From Botryllus schlosseri (taxonomy: Eukaryota): DNA of 64,000 nucleotides. The notes below the pieces were generated by a model. That model saw nothing but the letters and a program-made list of their open reading frames with translations, was not told the DNA's origin and ran no database searches. Position 1 is the stretch's first letter. Each line of letters begins with the position of its first letter. The stretch covers positions 29,204,001-29,268,000 of the forward strand of contig CM119372.1 in the NCBI GenBank assembly GCA_051294905.1, read 5' to 3'. The position numbers and the translations under genes are program-made. Positions 63,421 to 64,000 of the stretch are shown one piece after another.

Positions 63421-64000
63421 GCTAGACCTTGATGTCTCAAAGGATACTATTTATAAAACGATATAAACGATGGTATCTGCAATGCCCAAATGTTCGGATA
63501 CCATTCACCGATTAGCATTCAGCACGGCCATCGATGTCGTAATTTGCTTGATGATTGAAACATGATGTAATGACGAAAATCACATATATTTGTCCATAAG
63601 ACCGTAAGCGTGTAAAATGATCGAATTGTAAGTGCAATAGCAATGTTGTAACTAATGATTATCCAGTAAATCGCTTTTACGAATGCAAAAGTAAATTCAG
63701 AATACTGATTATCCAGTAAATTGCTTTTACAAATCCAAAAGTAAATATGAAATACTGGTTATCCCGTAAATTGCTTCTACGAATTTAATCTGTAATTTTT
63801 TTACCCTCTAAAAACAAGTAAATTTACTTTCGACGTGCCCGTATATTAATTTAACGAGCATTTACCGTTAATATAACTGACGGGACAAATTTACCGGTAT
63901 AATTTGGGTAAATCTACGAATATTTCTAAGAGTGTAATGGGTTCGTAAATCTCATGTGGCCCTTTGGCCGAAAAGGTTCGTCAATGGTCACCCCTTCCCC

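Larger units (their letters stand above)
61018..63934. mobile_element. Second EnSpm/CACTA-type non-autonomous element
   Basis: TA|CACTGTTAAAAATATTC...GAATATTTCTAAGAGTG|TA, with subterminal tandem repeats at ~61040-61420 and ~63650-63780. A related host MITE at ~36030-36060 shows the empty TA site. A weak SAMD3-like trace (TFFYVFPQQINLIQMY) is on the minus strand near 61410-61470. Confidence 0.78.

Overview
AT-rich eukaryotic (animal) genomic DNA. It has spliceosomal introns, a tRNA-derived SINE and many nested transposons; a marine invertebrate such as a tunicate is a guess, not something the sequence proves. The six-frame ORF track is mostly noise, because the real genes are spliced. I could rebuild two apparently intact host genes by hand. 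(1) A 5-exon, 174-aa secreted lipocalin of the ApoD-like type (+, 42094-48005), with TDYxxY and WVFAR motifs, four mature Cys and a degenerate GxW motif. (2) A compact 57-aa secreted prepropeptide gene (-, 26489-25458) with a signal peptide, an acidic pro-region and a C-terminal FWPPSMAVLFKGWS-G(stop) segment that could be amidated; I cannot assign it to a known family, and it is the best novelty candidate here. The rest is a nest of mobile elements. There are two CACTG-ended EnSpm/CACTA-type elements, one clearly carrying spliced SAMD3-like pseudogenes and the other a weaker SAMD3-like trace. A three-LTR non-autonomous Gypsy-like element has an intact tRNA-Trp primer site and sits inside a LINE endonuclease relic. 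Also present are a hAT>hAT>piggyBac nest, many hAT MITEs with 8-bp TSDs, a Harbinger-like MITE, Tx1/L1 ORF1 and CR1/L2 relics, a degenerate tRNA-Leu(UAA), minisatellites and a recent 3240-bp tandem duplication. All of this was read by eye, with no database searches.
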